DNA of 64,000 bases from an uncultured Verrucomicrobiae bacterium (GCA_963837955.1 CAWIPH010000002.1:3456001-3520000), one strand, 5' to 3'; numbered from the stretch's first letter, positions 31,312 to 42,346 are shown. Notes: generated by a model not told the origin, from the letters alone. Numbers and translations: made by a program.

Positions 31312-31345
31312 TGGAGCGGTGGTCCCGTTTTTACTTATTTGCACA

Positions 31346-32683
31346 TCAATCCTGCGCCATCGACCCGGTAACCGCTCTGGGATAAACGGCATTCAATAAC
31401 AGTGCGGCTAATCCACCGGTCGTAATACCGGAAGAAAATAAGATGCGAGCCCACTCGGGCAACGGGTCGAGGATATCCGGCGCGCTTTGAACACCGATAC
31501 CGGTTCCCAGCGCGAATGCCAGAATCAATAATTCGCGGTGGCCGAGCGGGATACGTTGCAAAATGCGTATCCCGGCAGTGGCAACAAACCCAAAGAGGAA
31601 GAAGGTAACTGCGCCGAGCACCGGCCCCGGTAACACGGCTATCCAGCGGCCGACCACAGGCAAAAGGCCCAAGAGACAAAGGATCGCGCCGACCCAATAA
31701 CCAACTTGACGCGCAGCGACGCCCGTGAGTTGAATGATGCCGTTATTTTGAGCAAACGTTGTGCTGGGAAAGCTGTTCAAAGCCGCCGCTATCGCGCTAT
31801 TCAAAGAGTCTCCCATCACTGCTCCCCGAACCCGCCGCCAATATTTTTCGCCCTCAACTGGCTCGTCGGAAAGCTGAGACGTTGCGGTTACATCACCCAA
31901 TGTCTCGAGCGTAGTAATTACGTACGGCAACAGAAAAGCGAGCAAGAATTCCGGCCGCACGCTTAGCCCGTATTTAAACGGAATAGGGAACTCAAACCAG
32001 CTGGCAGCAGCGAAGACCCCATTTGGTTGAACCGCACCGATCCATGAACAAAGGAGATATCCTGAGATTAGCGCGAGCGGAATGGCGGTTAGCCGCGCCC
32101 AGGCGTACCTGATCGCGTTAAGCACGAGAACAAATGTCACAACGAATGCCGCAACTGCGAGTCCGCTCCATGGGGGTAATGTACCACCCAGGCCAGACCC
32201 AATACTTTTGAAGCCCACTGGAATCAGGGAAAGGCCGATTAGCAGAACGACGATTCCCGAGACCAGCGGGGTAAAGATTGTTCGCAACCTGGTTAAGAAT
32301 TGGGCGAGCACCAGCTCAACCGGAGTACAAAGGAGGGACATTCCGAGCATAAGCGCTAGTCCTCCCGCGTGGCCCGCCTGAACGAGCGGAACCAGGAATG
32401 CGAAGCTGGTTCCTTGAACCGCGAGCAAGCGCGAGCCAAACCAACCGAGACCATGAACTTGGACGAGCGTGCCGATTCCCGAGGCCAACAGACCCATGCT
32501 CACTAAATAGGCTCCTTCTTCGACCGGCAAGTTCAACGCTTGAGCAACCAATAGCGGTACGCTGACCACTCCGACAAACATTGCGAGAACATGTTGTATC
32601 CCAACCAGGAACGCGATGCGCAGCGGTAAGCGATCGTCCAGGCGATACAACAAACTTGATGCAGAATTTCCCTGAGTGCCCAT
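31346..32683 (-). CDS. NCS2 nucleobase:cation symporter (xanthine/uracil permease)
   Basis: GIQHVLAM, GTSFAF, ETLGD, signature FAQNNGIIQLTGVAAR. Confidence 0.92.
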   Translation of the reverse strand: MGTQGNSASSLLYRLDDRLPLRIAFLVGIQHVLAMFVGVVSVPLLVAQALNLPVEEGAYLVSMGLLASGIGTLVQVHGLGWFGSRLLAVQGTSFAFLVPLVQAGHAGGLALMLGMSLLCTPVELVLAQFLTRLRTIFTPLVSGIVVLLIGLSLIPVGFKSIGSGLGGTLPPWSGLAVAAFVVTFVLVLNAIRYAWARLTAIPLALISGYLLCSWIGAVQPNGVFAAASWFEFPIPFKYGLSVRPEFLLAFLLPYVITTLETLGDVTATSQLSDEPVEGEKYWRRVRGAVMGDSLNSAIAAALNSFPSTTFAQNNGIIQLTGVAARQVGYWVGAILCLLGLLPVVGRWIAVLPGPVLGAVTFFLFGFVATAGIRILQRIPLGHRELLILAFALGTGIGVQSAPDILDPLPEWARILFSSGITTGGLAALLLNAVYPRAVTGSMAQD

Positions 32684-32788
32684 TGCGAGCCGAAGCTACA
32701 TGGACTTTGGCTTTTCCGAAAAAGAAAAAAAGGGAGCGCAATATCCACTCCATCACTCGACCGCCGGACCACTTCTTGTTCTTCTTCC

Positions 32789-33331
32789 TCACGCTTGAAG
32801 CAGCGTCAGTAATTTGGTGCGCGTAGCTCGGGCTCGTTGAAGGGAGTGGAGCAAATGATTGACGGTTTGCTCTGACCTACTGCTCTCCAGACCGAGTGTC
32901 TTGGCTAATTCCTCCTCAAAAAAATGTACTGCGCGAGGAGTCACCGGCTTTGCTTGTAAATAAAGAAACGCTCGAATCAGGAGCTCGTATATGGCCGTTT
33001 CGGAGTGTTCTGGCTCGGTCGTTTCGTCCACTAATTCCGCGAAATATCCGGCCGCCAGCGTGCTGGCGTAATTCCGACGTATCTCAGTAAAGGGCTCGAT
33101 CAATACCACTTCGCGCAACGTATGCAGTTCGCTTCGTCGCGACCAGGCCACCGTTAACTCACATCGAAAAAACAAATCCAGCTTTCCAGCAAAACTGCTT
33201 TTGGCGCGGAGCGCCCCTTTCGCCACTGTCTTCAGTTTTCCCCGCTCCCGGCTAAACCAGGAAACGATCAGGCTGGTGTCGGAAAACCGGGTCCGACGGA
33301 GGAGCAGAGCGTTCAGCGTTTCCGCGGCCAT
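32789..33331 (-). CDS. recO: DNA repair protein RecO (short form)
   Basis: DTSLIV..GKLKTVAKGA..LDLF..LHTLRE; no C-terminal Zn finger. Confidence 0.88.
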   Translation of the reverse strand: MAAETLNALLLRRTRFSDTSLIVSWFSRERGKLKTVAKGALRAKSSFAGKLDLFFRCELTVAWSRRSELHTLREVVLIEPFTEIRRNYASTLAAGYFAELVDETTEPEHSETAIYELLIRAFLYLQAKPVTPRAVHFFEEELAKTLGLESSRSEQTVNHLLHSLQRARATRTKLLTLLQA

Positions 33332-33340
33332 CTCGGAGAG

Positions 33341-33889
33341 CTACTGCTTCTTCTTTGCACTCGGTTTGCTTCGACCGACGGTGACTAGGGGACTTCTGCC
33401 TTTGGCCAAACTACGGATCTGCTCTCTCTCAAAGGCATTGATCATCGGCTTAAGACCGGGCTCGATCCTCCGCATCTCTGCGCATACCGAATAATAGTAG
33501 GCTCGCATATAATTTTTGCGGGCCTCATCTGTCAATGCCCCACGCGATTGCTCAAGCAAATAGATCGGCCGAGCAGTCCGCATCGCCGCGGTCCGAATCG
33601 CAGTAAAACGAGCTTCGTTCTGCTTTTGCTGTTCTGGCGAGATCGGAGCTGGGGTCGCGGCGTTTGTGCCGAGATCGAGCCGCGCCCCGGTCCCTGGTAG
33701 CGCATCCGATTTGGGCAGAAGTTCTGGAACCTTTTGCGCCTGGGCCCCTTCCGGCATCTCCGGAGTCTCGTGGCGGCGCAACGGAATTCGGCCTGCCGTC
33801 GGGGATGGCGCAGGTTCTTGGGCCAGCAAAATCACAGCACAAAATACGAACCCAAGAAGATATTTTGCCGGAGAGTCCGTCACTCGCAT
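33341..33889 (-). CDS. Hypothetical exported protein
   Basis: Hydrophobic N-terminal segment, Pro-rich linker, helical C-terminus; in line with recO. Confidence 0.6.
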   Translation of the reverse strand: MRVTDSPAKYLLGFVFCAVILLAQEPAPSPTAGRIPLRRHETPEMPEGAQAQKVPELLPKSDALPGTGARLDLGTNAATPAPISPEQQKQNEARFTAIRTAAMRTARPIYLLEQSRGALTDEARKNYMRAYYYSVCAEMRRIEPGLKPMINAFEREQIRSLAKGRSPLVTVGRSKPSAKKKQ

Positions 33890-34005
33890 ACTCCTTCGCC
33901 GTCTGGTTGGGTCACTACAGCTTTTGCCTTTCGCAAAAAAGCCTATGGCGTGGCTCCGCGCAACCGGTAGCTTGCTAGGCCCAGGCTCAAAATCCCGGCT
34001 TGGCG

Positions 34006-35706
34006 CTACATCCGACTTCCGATGATACCCATCTGATACGCTCTCGCCCATTCGATGGTGACTTGGGAGACTGGGCTATCCGAAACAAACTCAAAAGAGC
34101 CGGGCTCCATTTCAGCTTTTCCGGGAACCGAGACTCCATTCAATTTGCCGGAAACCAAGTGACCGTTGCTTAAAAACACATAAGTACCGCCCAACGAGAC
34201 TTGGAATTGAATCGAGCCTTTTGCATCACCATTCGCTTGTAAACCGGCAACAAGGAGCTGTCCGGTCCAAAGGTAGTTCTCCCGCAAAAATCGGCGGGTA
34301 CGCTCCGGGTAACGATCTGACCGGACCGCCACCATGGTCCGTTTTGCCATAAGTTGTTCCGGAATTTGGTCCGGCAACAGGCCTTGGCGGTATCGTCGCA
34401 AGGTAAACAACTCCAGAACCTCATAGATTGGCCGGGGACGAAGGATGACGTCACCTTTAGGATCCAGCACCGTTTCGTCGGATTTGGTCAGCCGGAGAAC
34501 TTCACCGATACGACGCGCTTCGATCGGATCGGATCGCCACTTGCGCCGTAAAACCGAAGCATTCCAACCGCCCTCCACTAAAAGCAAGAATGCAAAACAG
34601 ACTGGGCTGACTAGCTGCCAAGATCCAAGTCGCTGCGAGAAAAAGAGAAACAAGGCAGATAAACAGGCGAGCAGTAAAGGATAATACGGGAGAAAATCTT
34701 GGAGGGTAACCACTGGCCACAGACCGAGCAGGAGCAACGGGTAAAGTCCGGCGAATAGCACAAGAAACGCGATTCGGAAGCGTCTTTCCGGGTCGTCCGA
34801 TTTTCGGAGTTGAAACGCGACAAAATAAACGGCCGGAATAAACAACCAGAACCGGGGATCAGACAAACCGCGTAGCAATCGATGGGAAAATTCAACATTG
34901 TCTCCGCCCAAATTATGTTCGACAACGCAGCGGTACATCGCTGGTCCGGCACCTAACGCGATAAAAAAACAGAGAATGCCTCCGCTAAAAACCAAGAAGC
35001 CGGCCAAGGCTAACGCCGATCCCCTAAGCACGGCGGCCAGGTGCGCTTTTCCTGGTCTCGAGTCAAACCGAGCTCGCAACATCAAGGCAGCACCAAAAGC
35101 GACAGCCGCCGCGAGTAGCAGCAAAATTGATTTCAACGAGACACTTAAGCACGCGGCCAAGAGTAACCCGCCCCAGAAACATTTTGGGCCCCGACCTATC
35201 CTCGACGTGACCAGCGCAATCCAACCGATCCAGAGCGTGGTCCACAGCGAGTCAGTACGAAATTCGGCTCCATCGAGAAAGAACGGAGGGAAAAAAGCCA
35301 ATGCGATTACTGCCCATCGAGCGGCCTGAGCGGAAAATAGAAAAATGCAAATTCGCCAAACCAGGAACAGTGTCACCAGATTTAAGCCGATGATGCCGCA
35401 TCGCAGGAGAGCTAGAATATCGGCCTTATCACCGATCAGGGCTACCAGCGGTGCGCTTAAAAGGTGAAAGAGCGGTGTGTGGTTATCGAAAACGTCCCGG
35501 TATTGGACTAGGCCGTGCACCCAGGCCCAGGCAACGTGAGCATGCTGCGGTTCATCCGAATTAGCTTCCTGCCACCAGGCAAGCACTACCCGAGACACGA
35601 CGAATAGCGCGACTGCGAACCTAAATAGCCAGACCTGCCACTGAATTCTTCGACCTTCGAAAGATGGGTCTGGTGCCCCGTTGGGGCCTCCAGGTTTCTG
35701 CTGCAT
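34006..35706 (-). CDS. ArnT/GT39-like GT-C membrane glycosyltransferase
   Basis: NSDEPQH..W..G..YRDVFDNHTPLF, EFRTD; many TM helices. Confidence 0.75.
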   Translation of the reverse strand: MQQKPGGPNGAPDPSFEGRRIQWQVWLFRFAVALFVVSRVVLAWWQEANSDEPQHAHVAWAWVHGLVQYRDVFDNHTPLFHLLSAPLVALIGDKADILALLRCGIIGLNLVTLFLVWRICIFLFSAQAARWAVIALAFFPPFFLDGAEFRTDSLWTTLWIGWIALVTSRIGRGPKCFWGGLLLAACLSVSLKSILLLLAAAVAFGAALMLRARFDSRPGKAHLAAVLRGSALALAGFLVFSGGILCFFIALGAGPAMYRCVVEHNLGGDNVEFSHRLLRGLSDPRFWLFIPAVYFVAFQLRKSDDPERRFRIAFLVLFAGLYPLLLLGLWPVVTLQDFLPYYPLLLACLSALFLFFSQRLGSWQLVSPVCFAFLLLVEGGWNASVLRRKWRSDPIEARRIGEVLRLTKSDETVLDPKGDVILRPRPIYEVLELFTLRRYRQGLLPDQIPEQLMAKRTMVAVRSDRYPERTRRFLRENYLWTGQLLVAGLQANGDAKGSIQFQVSLGGTYVFLSNGHLVSGKLNGVSVPGKAEMEPGSFEFVSDSPVSQVTIEWARAYQMGIIGSRM

Positions 35707-35723
35707 CGTCGGTCAGGATGCGC

Positions 35724-36862
35724 TCAATGCGCCTCCGGGTCCAACGGGGTCTCGCTGAGTGAGAACTGTTCTGTTTCGAATTCTGTCTCCCTTTTTTGGG
35801 GCGCTGCGTTCTCCTCGGTCCGCTCGGGTACCGCCACTCTGAGCCAGCCAAACCGGTCAAAAAAGAGCGTGCGAGCGACTACTTTCAAATAACCGGTCTG
35901 TGATTCAGGTAGCAGCTTGATCGGCAGCGAAAGTCGTAGATGATTTGATCTCTTCTCACCCTCGACCTGCCCAAGAAAGCTCCAGTTCCGCCATCCTCAA
36001 GAACGAACGGCCTGCGGCCGAATCTGAGATTGATGCGCCAAGTGATAGGGTCGGCGTCGTAAGGAGAAAAGACGAAGAGTATCTCGCGCGCACGTTGGAG
36101 TAGTTGAGGTGCGTCTATTTCCAGATTCAGACTGAGCGGTCCGTGGCTCACTCTTAAGCCGTGATGAACCGCAGCCGTTTCCGTCGGATCTGACTGATAA
36201 TAGGCCTCGGTCGGTTGAGCGAACCGAGTAAATCTCTCCGGGAAAAGATGGAGCTGACTGCCGTAGCAATCGATCGTCGCGCGCTTGCGAAGCCGTTCCT
36301 CTTCGGTGAGGTGCAGCTCTCGGGTTGGCGATACCGGTAGCCGGTGCGGTTGATGAACGATATAGCAATAACAGGGCGTCGACGGACGCGCAGATCTCTC
36401 CGTGGCCAGGCCGATGGCTACGCTCAATGCACTGTGGTCCGGATGCGCATCGTAAATGGACGGCGCTATAATCAAAGTCGGCTTGAATTGATCAATCTCC
36501 TCCCGAAGAATCGCTGACAATCGGGCCGGAATTTTCCGCAAAAGAGAGGTCATTTCTTGGTCCGGCAGATTTAAGAATCGCAACGTTCCCCGTTTTCCCA
36601 ACCCCATAGTTTCGGCCGCGGCTCGCACCTCTCGCTTGCGAAGCTCTCCCCACCGAAGCCGATCGCTCTCGGTTATCCGCCATCTCCGTTCCACGTAGCG
36701 TTGGGCCCAGACGTTGTTGTCACCGTTCGTCGCAAAAACAAGGTGAGCGCGCGCACCTACTAAGGCGACCCGCTGTAGTAGCCCTGCAGCGGCCAAGCCT
36801 TCATCGTCCGGATGGGGAGCGAAAAACAGCACCCTATCAGATTCGGAGAGAGAAATTGTCAT
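35724..36862 (-). pseudogene. PIG-L family deacetylase with a frameshift near 35945
   Basis: APHPDDE, TNGD, DAHPDH, YGSQ; an alternative frame continues ..GYLKVVARTLFFDRFGW.. to a stop at 35724, just before the next gene. Confidence 0.72.
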
Positions 36863-37001
36863 TAGGAAAAAGCCTCAGCCATTTCGCTTCTTTCAGTGCA
36901 TTCGGCAAATGACGATTTTGTCATGGGTATCCTAGCGCCGGACCTGCTACGACAGAATCCCTTTCGGGACGGCTGCAATTTGTTCGCGTGGGTCGACGCC
37001 T

Positions 37002-38219
37002 TCAGTTTACCGGCGTTGCACTCCGTGCACGAGTCTCCCGCCAGTGCTTTCTCCAAGCCTTATAGTCGGTTCGTACGAGGTCAATCATGGATGCTACCGT
37101 CTTACGGAAAGGCGGCACTCGGAACTCCGTAATTGCCTCTTTCAACTGATCTGCTGGAGCTGAAAGCAGATGGACGCTGGCTATTTCAAAGCCCATCGCC
37201 GTGAGCAGCCGATCTTGATCCAGGCTGACCCCTGTCGGATCCAGGTAGACCGCTGTCGGATCGCGGTTGACCGCTGTCGGATCCAGGCTGGCCGCTGTCG
37301 GATCCAGGCCCACATTCAATAGCGAGAGATCAATCCTGCCACAGTCTGACATCAAGGGACGAATCAGCCATCCGTCACGAATCATCGTGCCGGGACTGAA
37401 TGGCCGCTTTTCGGGTCGCAAGAGTTTATCCATTTCCAGCTCCCCTTTAGCCTGGCCGCTGGCCCAAATCGCAGCCGACAATGCGACGCTCTTCCCCTCA
37501 GCCGCCATCGGCCCTCCTTGATGTTCGGTGTAGCCAAAAAAGCGCTCGTGGCCGAGGCTTCCGAGGCCCTTGGTCAGCCCCTGCTTCATCTCTCTAAATT
37601 CTACTTCGGCTCCGGCAGGAAATGCTTCCCGCAACAACGTCGCCAGCCGTTGCGGAATCTTTTCTTCCGCCACAGGTTGAGTCTTATACTTTAACCAGCC
37701 TTTCCAAAAGCGTTTAGGCTCTTTCAGGACCGCGCGAACCATCCGGAGCAACCAGGCGTGCCGGCGCTCCAGAACAAAAGGCTCCCCTCCTCTTTCCAGG
37801 CCGGCCAGATATCCATCGCGAATCGCTTCACAGATCTCGCTCAATGTTAGTTCGCAATCCGGAATAACCTCGGAGGCGAGTTCGGCGCTAGCTGCGAGGC
37901 GCACGAGATCGATGGCAAACGACAATGTAGCCACTTCGTCATAATCGTTGACGCCCCAAATCAAACGACCACGGCCATCCCGCCAGCTTCCAAAGTTCTG
38001 AACATGCAGATCGCCAACCGCGACAACCGGCTGCGCGCGAGCCCACTCGGGACAAGCCTCGTTCCAACGCTCACACCACCGATAAAAGGTTGCTCGAAAA
38101 AACTCGAAGAGCTGTTCGCTCATCTTGTCGTGTTTTGTCAGCAAATGGTCATCCCGCAGGGTTATCTGCGTTCGGAGCCAGCTCTCGAATTCGGTAGTCG
38201 ATTGTACGATGTCGCGCAT
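37002..38219 (-). CDS. DUF2252 family (kinase-like) protein
   Basis: FFRATFYRW, GDLHVQNFG, WGVNDYDE, GLGSLG. Confidence 0.85.
   Translation of the reverse strand: MRDIVQSTTEFESWLRTQITLRDDHLLTKHDKMSEQLFEFFRATFYRWCERWNEACPEWARAQPVVAVGDLHVQNFGSWRDGRGRLIWGVNDYDEVATLSFAIDLVRLAASAELASEVIPDCELTLSEICEAIRDGYLAGLERGGEPFVLERRHAWLLRMVRAVLKEPKRFWKGWLKYKTQPVAEEKIPQRLATLLREAFPAGAEVEFREMKQGLTKGLGSLGHERFFGYTEHQGGPMAAEGKSVALSAAIWASGQAKGELEMDKLLRPEKRPFSPGTMIRDGWLIRPLMSDCGRIDLSLLNVGLDPTAASLDPTAVNRDPTAVYLDPTGVSLDQDRLLTAMGFEIASVHLLSAPADQLKEAITEFRVPPFRKTVASMIDLVRTDYKAWRKHWRETRARSATPVN
37217..37308. repeat. 21-bp intragenic tandem repeat (about 4.4 copies)
   Basis: Encodes LDPTAAS-LDPTAVN-RDPTAVY-LDPTGVS-LD. Confidence 0.9.
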
Positions 38220-38342
38220 AGAGATTGGTCGTCTCCTTTCCCGACGAACGCAGACATAGGGCAGGTGTGCTGCGATGTCGAACCAATTTCTTCAGTAGCT
38301 CGGCAGTTCTGTTAGCAAGTCCAGGACGGATATAACAGGGCA

Positions 38343-38930
38343 CTAACGACGTATCTTCGCTGCAATCTGCCGGGAAAGCTCAGTCACCTCATCCGCCAGC
38401 ATCGCAGCCAAACTCGGATAATGCCCGGGCTGCCAGCCGCTCCGGCGTATAACAAAGGACTTGCTCGCGATTCTGCTTCCTCCACCGGCTGAGCGCAGTT
38501 CCCACACGCCGGCCAAAACGACCTCTCCCGTATCGTATCCCTCGCATTGAGTGACTCGAATTGTCAGTTCGTAAGAATGCGGTGGTGGACTCGACATCGG
38601 TTGAAAACCGCTGGCGGAAATCCCCAACGCTCCCAGATTCAGTGCCACTCCTTGGGCGATCGTTTGATCGAGCGATGCGGCCCAAAACGCAGATCTTGAA
38701 TATTCGACCTGATTGTTGCGAAAACTAGCGAGGTTAGTTCGAGTGAGATAAGGAGGAATGATAACCCGGTTCACATAAACCAGCACCGAGTCCCTGATTG
38801 CGCGGGTGGCCGCCGCCTCGACAGCCGGTCCCGGACCGAGAGTATAGAATGTCGGGAGGGGCTCACTCGTCGCGCAACCACTGACGATGATTCCAATCAA
38901 AATCAGCGACTGGCGCCCGAATCCAATCAT
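38343..38930 (-). CDS. PqiC-like ABC auxiliary lipoprotein
   Basis: Lipobox VSGC, FYTL, IPPYL, WAASLD. Confidence 0.85.
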   Translation of the reverse strand: MIGFGRQSLILIGIIVSGCATSEPLPTFYTLGPGPAVEAAATRAIRDSVLVYVNRVIIPPYLTRTNLASFRNNQVEYSRSAFWAASLDQTIAQGVALNLGALGISASGFQPMSSPPPHSYELTIRVTQCEGYDTGEVVLAGVWELRSAGGGSRIASKSFVIRRSGWQPGHYPSLAAMLADEVTELSRQIAAKIRR

Positions 38931-39928
38931 TGCTGTTTTGCCGGTTTGCGCCCGAAAATGATCGAATTCGGATTACGTTCCAGGAACTCCGAGAGCCGGC
39001 GCAACGAGTCGGCCGCCGTTCCGATTTGGGACAGCGCACTATCTAACTGATAACGGAAAGATGAATTCGTGCTCAGCATTTTATCTAGCTGAGCTGTCGC
39101 CGACTGCAATTGGGCCATCGTCTTTTTAGCCTCTTCCAAGGTCGGATTTAAGTTGTTAGAGATCGGATCCAACTCCTTGTCCAATTTTTTCAGAGTAGCG
39201 TCCAACTGGTCAAAAGATGTTTTCACGCTGGTTAACGCCCCCTTCAGCTCCGGACCATTAACTAAGTGATCCAACGATTTTCCGAGCTCAGCCAGATTCA
39301 ACGCATTGATGCCTTCGCGAGCGCTCACAATCAAAGACTGAAGGTCTTTGGAAATAGCAAGAAAATCGACGTTGCCCAGGTTTCCGATCGCTTTGGTGAG
39401 ATTGGCCAGAATTGCCTCAATGTCGGAAGGTTGAACCGGAATCTCCAAAACCCCCCCATCGGACTCTACATGATGGAAGACTGCTGGCGCCGCGTCGACC
39501 TTAACAAAATCGAGGGCAACATAAAGTTGTCCGCTAATTAAGCTTTCAAAATCGAGCCTGGCCCGTAGCCCCTGCTCGACTCGTTTCAAGTGCTGTTCAG
39601 GATCGGAGAGATCAATATTAATTGCGCCCGTGCCAAACTCTTTGACGACAAAATTCTCGCCGACTTCATAAAACACTTTGGCGTAGACCGGCTGATCTTC
39701 ACCGACAAAGCCCAACTGCACCTTGGTGACCTTGCCGATGGTAACCCCTTTGAACTTCACGTTGGAACCAACTTGCAGTCCGCTTACCGATTGATTGAAA
39801 TAAGAGACGAAAATCTGCTTCTTAGAGAGAAAATCGGCAGAGCCAAAAAAGATTGCCGCTCCGATACCAATCAATATCGCTCCAAAAACAAAAACGCCGA
39901 TTAACGTGGGATTCGCTTTCTGACTCAT
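38927..39928 (-). CDS. MlaD/MCE family protein
   Basis: IGVFV TM segment, SVSGLQVGSNVKFKGVTIGKV, C-terminal LERNPNSIIFG. Confidence 0.92.
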   Translation of the reverse strand: MSQKANPTLIGVFVFGAILIGIGAAIFFGSADFLSKKQIFVSYFNQSVSGLQVGSNVKFKGVTIGKVTKVQLGFVGEDQPVYAKVFYEVGENFVVKEFGTGAINIDLSDPEQHLKRVEQGLRARLDFESLISGQLYVALDFVKVDAAPAVFHHVESDGGVLEIPVQPSDIEAILANLTKAIGNLGNVDFLAISKDLQSLIVSAREGINALNLAELGKSLDHLVNGPELKGALTSVKTSFDQLDATLKKLDKELDPISNNLNPTLEEAKKTMAQLQSATAQLDKMLSTNSSFRYQLDSALSQIGTAADSLRRLSEFLERNPNSIIFGRKPAKQQ

Positions 39929-40785
39929 TTATTCGCTGGTCGATTCTCCATCGTAAGTTGTTTGGAATCCGCTTGGGCTGAAACTTCCTGGCCACGTAGC
40001 AAGAAAGTTCTCACTACCGGAGGACCTTCTTTAACCAATACCTTTGGATCGCCTTGAACCAGCATGCGTTTAGTCTCCGCGTCCAGAAAAATAGCGGTAT
40101 CAGCTATGGCAAAGATCGAGGGTAATTCGTGCGTAACAACCACGACCGTAGTGCCAAGGCTGTCCCGCAACTGCAAAATCAGCTCATCCAAACGACGTGA
40201 ACTAATCGGATCCAAGCCGGCCGAAGGTTCATCAAAGAAAAGAATTTCCGGATCCAACGCCATAGCGCGCGCCAGCCCTGCTCGTTTGCGCATTCCTCCA
40301 CTAATCTCTGAAGGATAGAAATCCTCAAAGCCTTTCAGACCAACCAAAGATAGTTTGAGGGAGGCCAATTCTCGGATCTCTTTCGCCGAAAGTTTCGTAT
40401 ACTCTTCGAGCGGTAGCCCGATGTTCTCGGCCAGGGTTCTCGAACTCCACAGGGCGCCAGCCTGATACAGTACCCCGAAGGTGCGTTGAACTTCCGCGCG
40501 CTCTTCTTCACTAGCTTTGACAAAACTCTTGCCTTTGTACAGGACATCGCCGCGCGTCACTTCCTTCAACCCAATCATGTATTTCAGCAATGTACTTTTG
40601 CCGCACCCGCTCCCTCCCATAATGGCCAGTACCTGACTTTTTGCGACGGTGAAGTTAATGTCTCGCATCACCACGTATGAGCCATAGCTCATCTCGAGAT
40701 CCCGTACCTCGATTTCTGGTGTAACTTTGGCCGGTGACAAAGATAGGGAGTTAGAGTCGCCTAACGCTGTGGATTCAGATCTCAT
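39925..40785 (-). CDS. MlaF-like ABC ATP-binding protein
   Basis: GGSGCGKST, ISGGMRKRAGLARA, FDEPSAGLDP. Confidence 0.93.
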   Translation of the reverse strand: MRSESTALGDSNSLSLSPAKVTPEIEVRDLEMSYGSYVVMRDINFTVAKSQVLAIMGGSGCGKSTLLKYMIGLKEVTRGDVLYKGKSFVKASEEERAEVQRTFGVLYQAGALWSSRTLAENIGLPLEEYTKLSAKEIRELASLKLSLVGLKGFEDFYPSEISGGMRKRAGLARAMALDPEILFFDEPSAGLDPISSRRLDELILQLRDSLGTTVVVVTHELPSIFAIADTAIFLDAETKRMLVQGDPKVLVKEGPPVVRTFLLRGQEVSAQADSKQLTMENRPANK

Positions 40786-40806
40786 CTAGGCTTCAGGCGC
40801 AATCCG

Positions 40807-41964
40807 CTATATCTTGAGCACCTCAATCAGCACGTCGATTATCGCATCGGAGCCGACAATCCAAGTAATTGCCAGAACGACTGCCGAGGTTGCTGCATTG
40901 CCGACACCCGCGGCGTTATTCTCACACTTCATACCGCGTTGACAGCCGGTCAGCGCGACGATCACCCCAAACACCGAATTCTTGACCACACCGATGACAA
41001 TATCGGTCAAACCCATAGAACCCAGCGTCTGGTTCCAATACTGCACCAACGATATCTTGAGAAGTCCGATCCCGACGACTGCTCCGCCCGCGATACCGAT
41101 CAGATCAGAATAAAGGCAAAGCAACGGCATCATCAAAAAGAGCGCCACTACCCGTGGACTAACCAAAAAATCAATCGGTGAAATTGCGAGCGTACTCAGG
41201 GCATCGAGTTCCTCCGAAACTTTCATGCTGCCAATTTGCGCTGCGAAAGCCGCTCCGGTTCGGCCGGCCATAATGATCCCCGTCATGATTGCTCCCATTT
41301 CGCGAGCCATCGCAACTGCCACCAAATTCGCAACGTAAATTCCGGCGCCAAATTGCCGTAATTGGATAGCACCGACGAAGGCAAGAATTAAACCGGTCAA
41401 AAAACTGATCATGCCCACGATGGGCAAAGCTTCGGCACTACACTCCTGCAAGGTGAGCCAATACAGACGCCAGTCTACTTTGCCACGTCGGGAAAGAATT
41501 CTTTGGAAGCTGAGGACGCATTCGCCGGTGAATTCGAAGGCGGCATTCAGCATGCCGATTCTGCCCAGAACCCAATTTCCCAGTTTATAAAAAAGAGAGT
41601 GCCGAACGCTGGGCCCGCGTCCGGTCTGTTGCTCAGGGACCGCAGTAGCCAGATGGAGCAAACTAGAAATTCCTTTCGGCAAGTCGTCCTCCGCAAACTT
41701 GACCTGACGACTCTTACACCACTCTTCCACTTCCCATAAAAAGACGAGAAGGCTGCTATCCCAAGATTTTACTTCGCTGGTTACACACTGGATCAACCGC
41801 AGGCCAGGTTCTCGCTCCAGACCTGCGAGGACCGTTTCCGCACGCAAACGCTCAGGCGATTTGAGACTCCAATCACCGCCGAACACTAACTTGAGCTGGT
41901 CGCCCGTCCGTTCCATTTTGACTGTGGGCCGTGCGAGATCGGACGTTGCTGTTAATTGCTTCAT
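40807..41964 (-). CDS. MlaE-like ABC permease with N-terminal STAS-like domain
   Basis: REMGAIMTGIIMAGRTGAAFAAQIGSMKVSEELDAL, VGNAATSAVV. Confidence 0.92.
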   Translation of the reverse strand: MKQLTATSDLARPTVKMERTGDQLKLVFGGDWSLKSPERLRAETVLAGLEREPGLRLIQCVTSEVKSWDSSLLVFLWEVEEWCKSRQVKFAEDDLPKGISSLLHLATAVPEQQTGRGPSVRHSLFYKLGNWVLGRIGMLNAAFEFTGECVLSFQRILSRRGKVDWRLYWLTLQECSAEALPIVGMISFLTGLILAFVGAIQLRQFGAGIYVANLVAVAMAREMGAIMTGIIMAGRTGAAFAAQIGSMKVSEELDALSTLAISPIDFLVSPRVVALFLMMPLLCLYSDLIGIAGGAVVGIGLLKISLVQYWNQTLGSMGLTDIVIGVVKNSVFGVIVALTGCQRGMKCENNAAGVGNAATSAVVLAITWIVGSDAIIDVLIEVLKI

Positions 41965-42346
41965 GAGATTGGTCTCGGCCGACAGATCCTTTCCCCGGCT
42001 TGTCCCCGTATTGCCCGAAGACCAAGGAGGAAGAGAGGACTCTGCCCGAGGTTTCGCCGCGGCGAGCGTTTAGTCAAACGAAGCACCCCGAGGGGCTCCC
42101 ACGCATGACTCCCACCGACAAGTCTCCTTGATGGTATTTCTTCAATAACGCCCGCTATTATATCAAGATCCTATGTTTTGCACTCCCATTCTAGCATTCG
42201 AGACCATCGGTTTCCGGACCGGGGTCTCCGAATGTGCGAGCGATTCATGACTTTAGATTCAGAATTTATGGCCGGCCATCACTCGGAAGGCCTGGTTTGC
42301 GGCTACCATTAGTTGCTCAGGCACTAATCGTTCCTAATTTGTTATC

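Noticed and set aside
32684..32788. Purine riboswitch upstream of the NCS2 permease
   Set aside because: The gap is about 105 nt with no recognisable aptamer core
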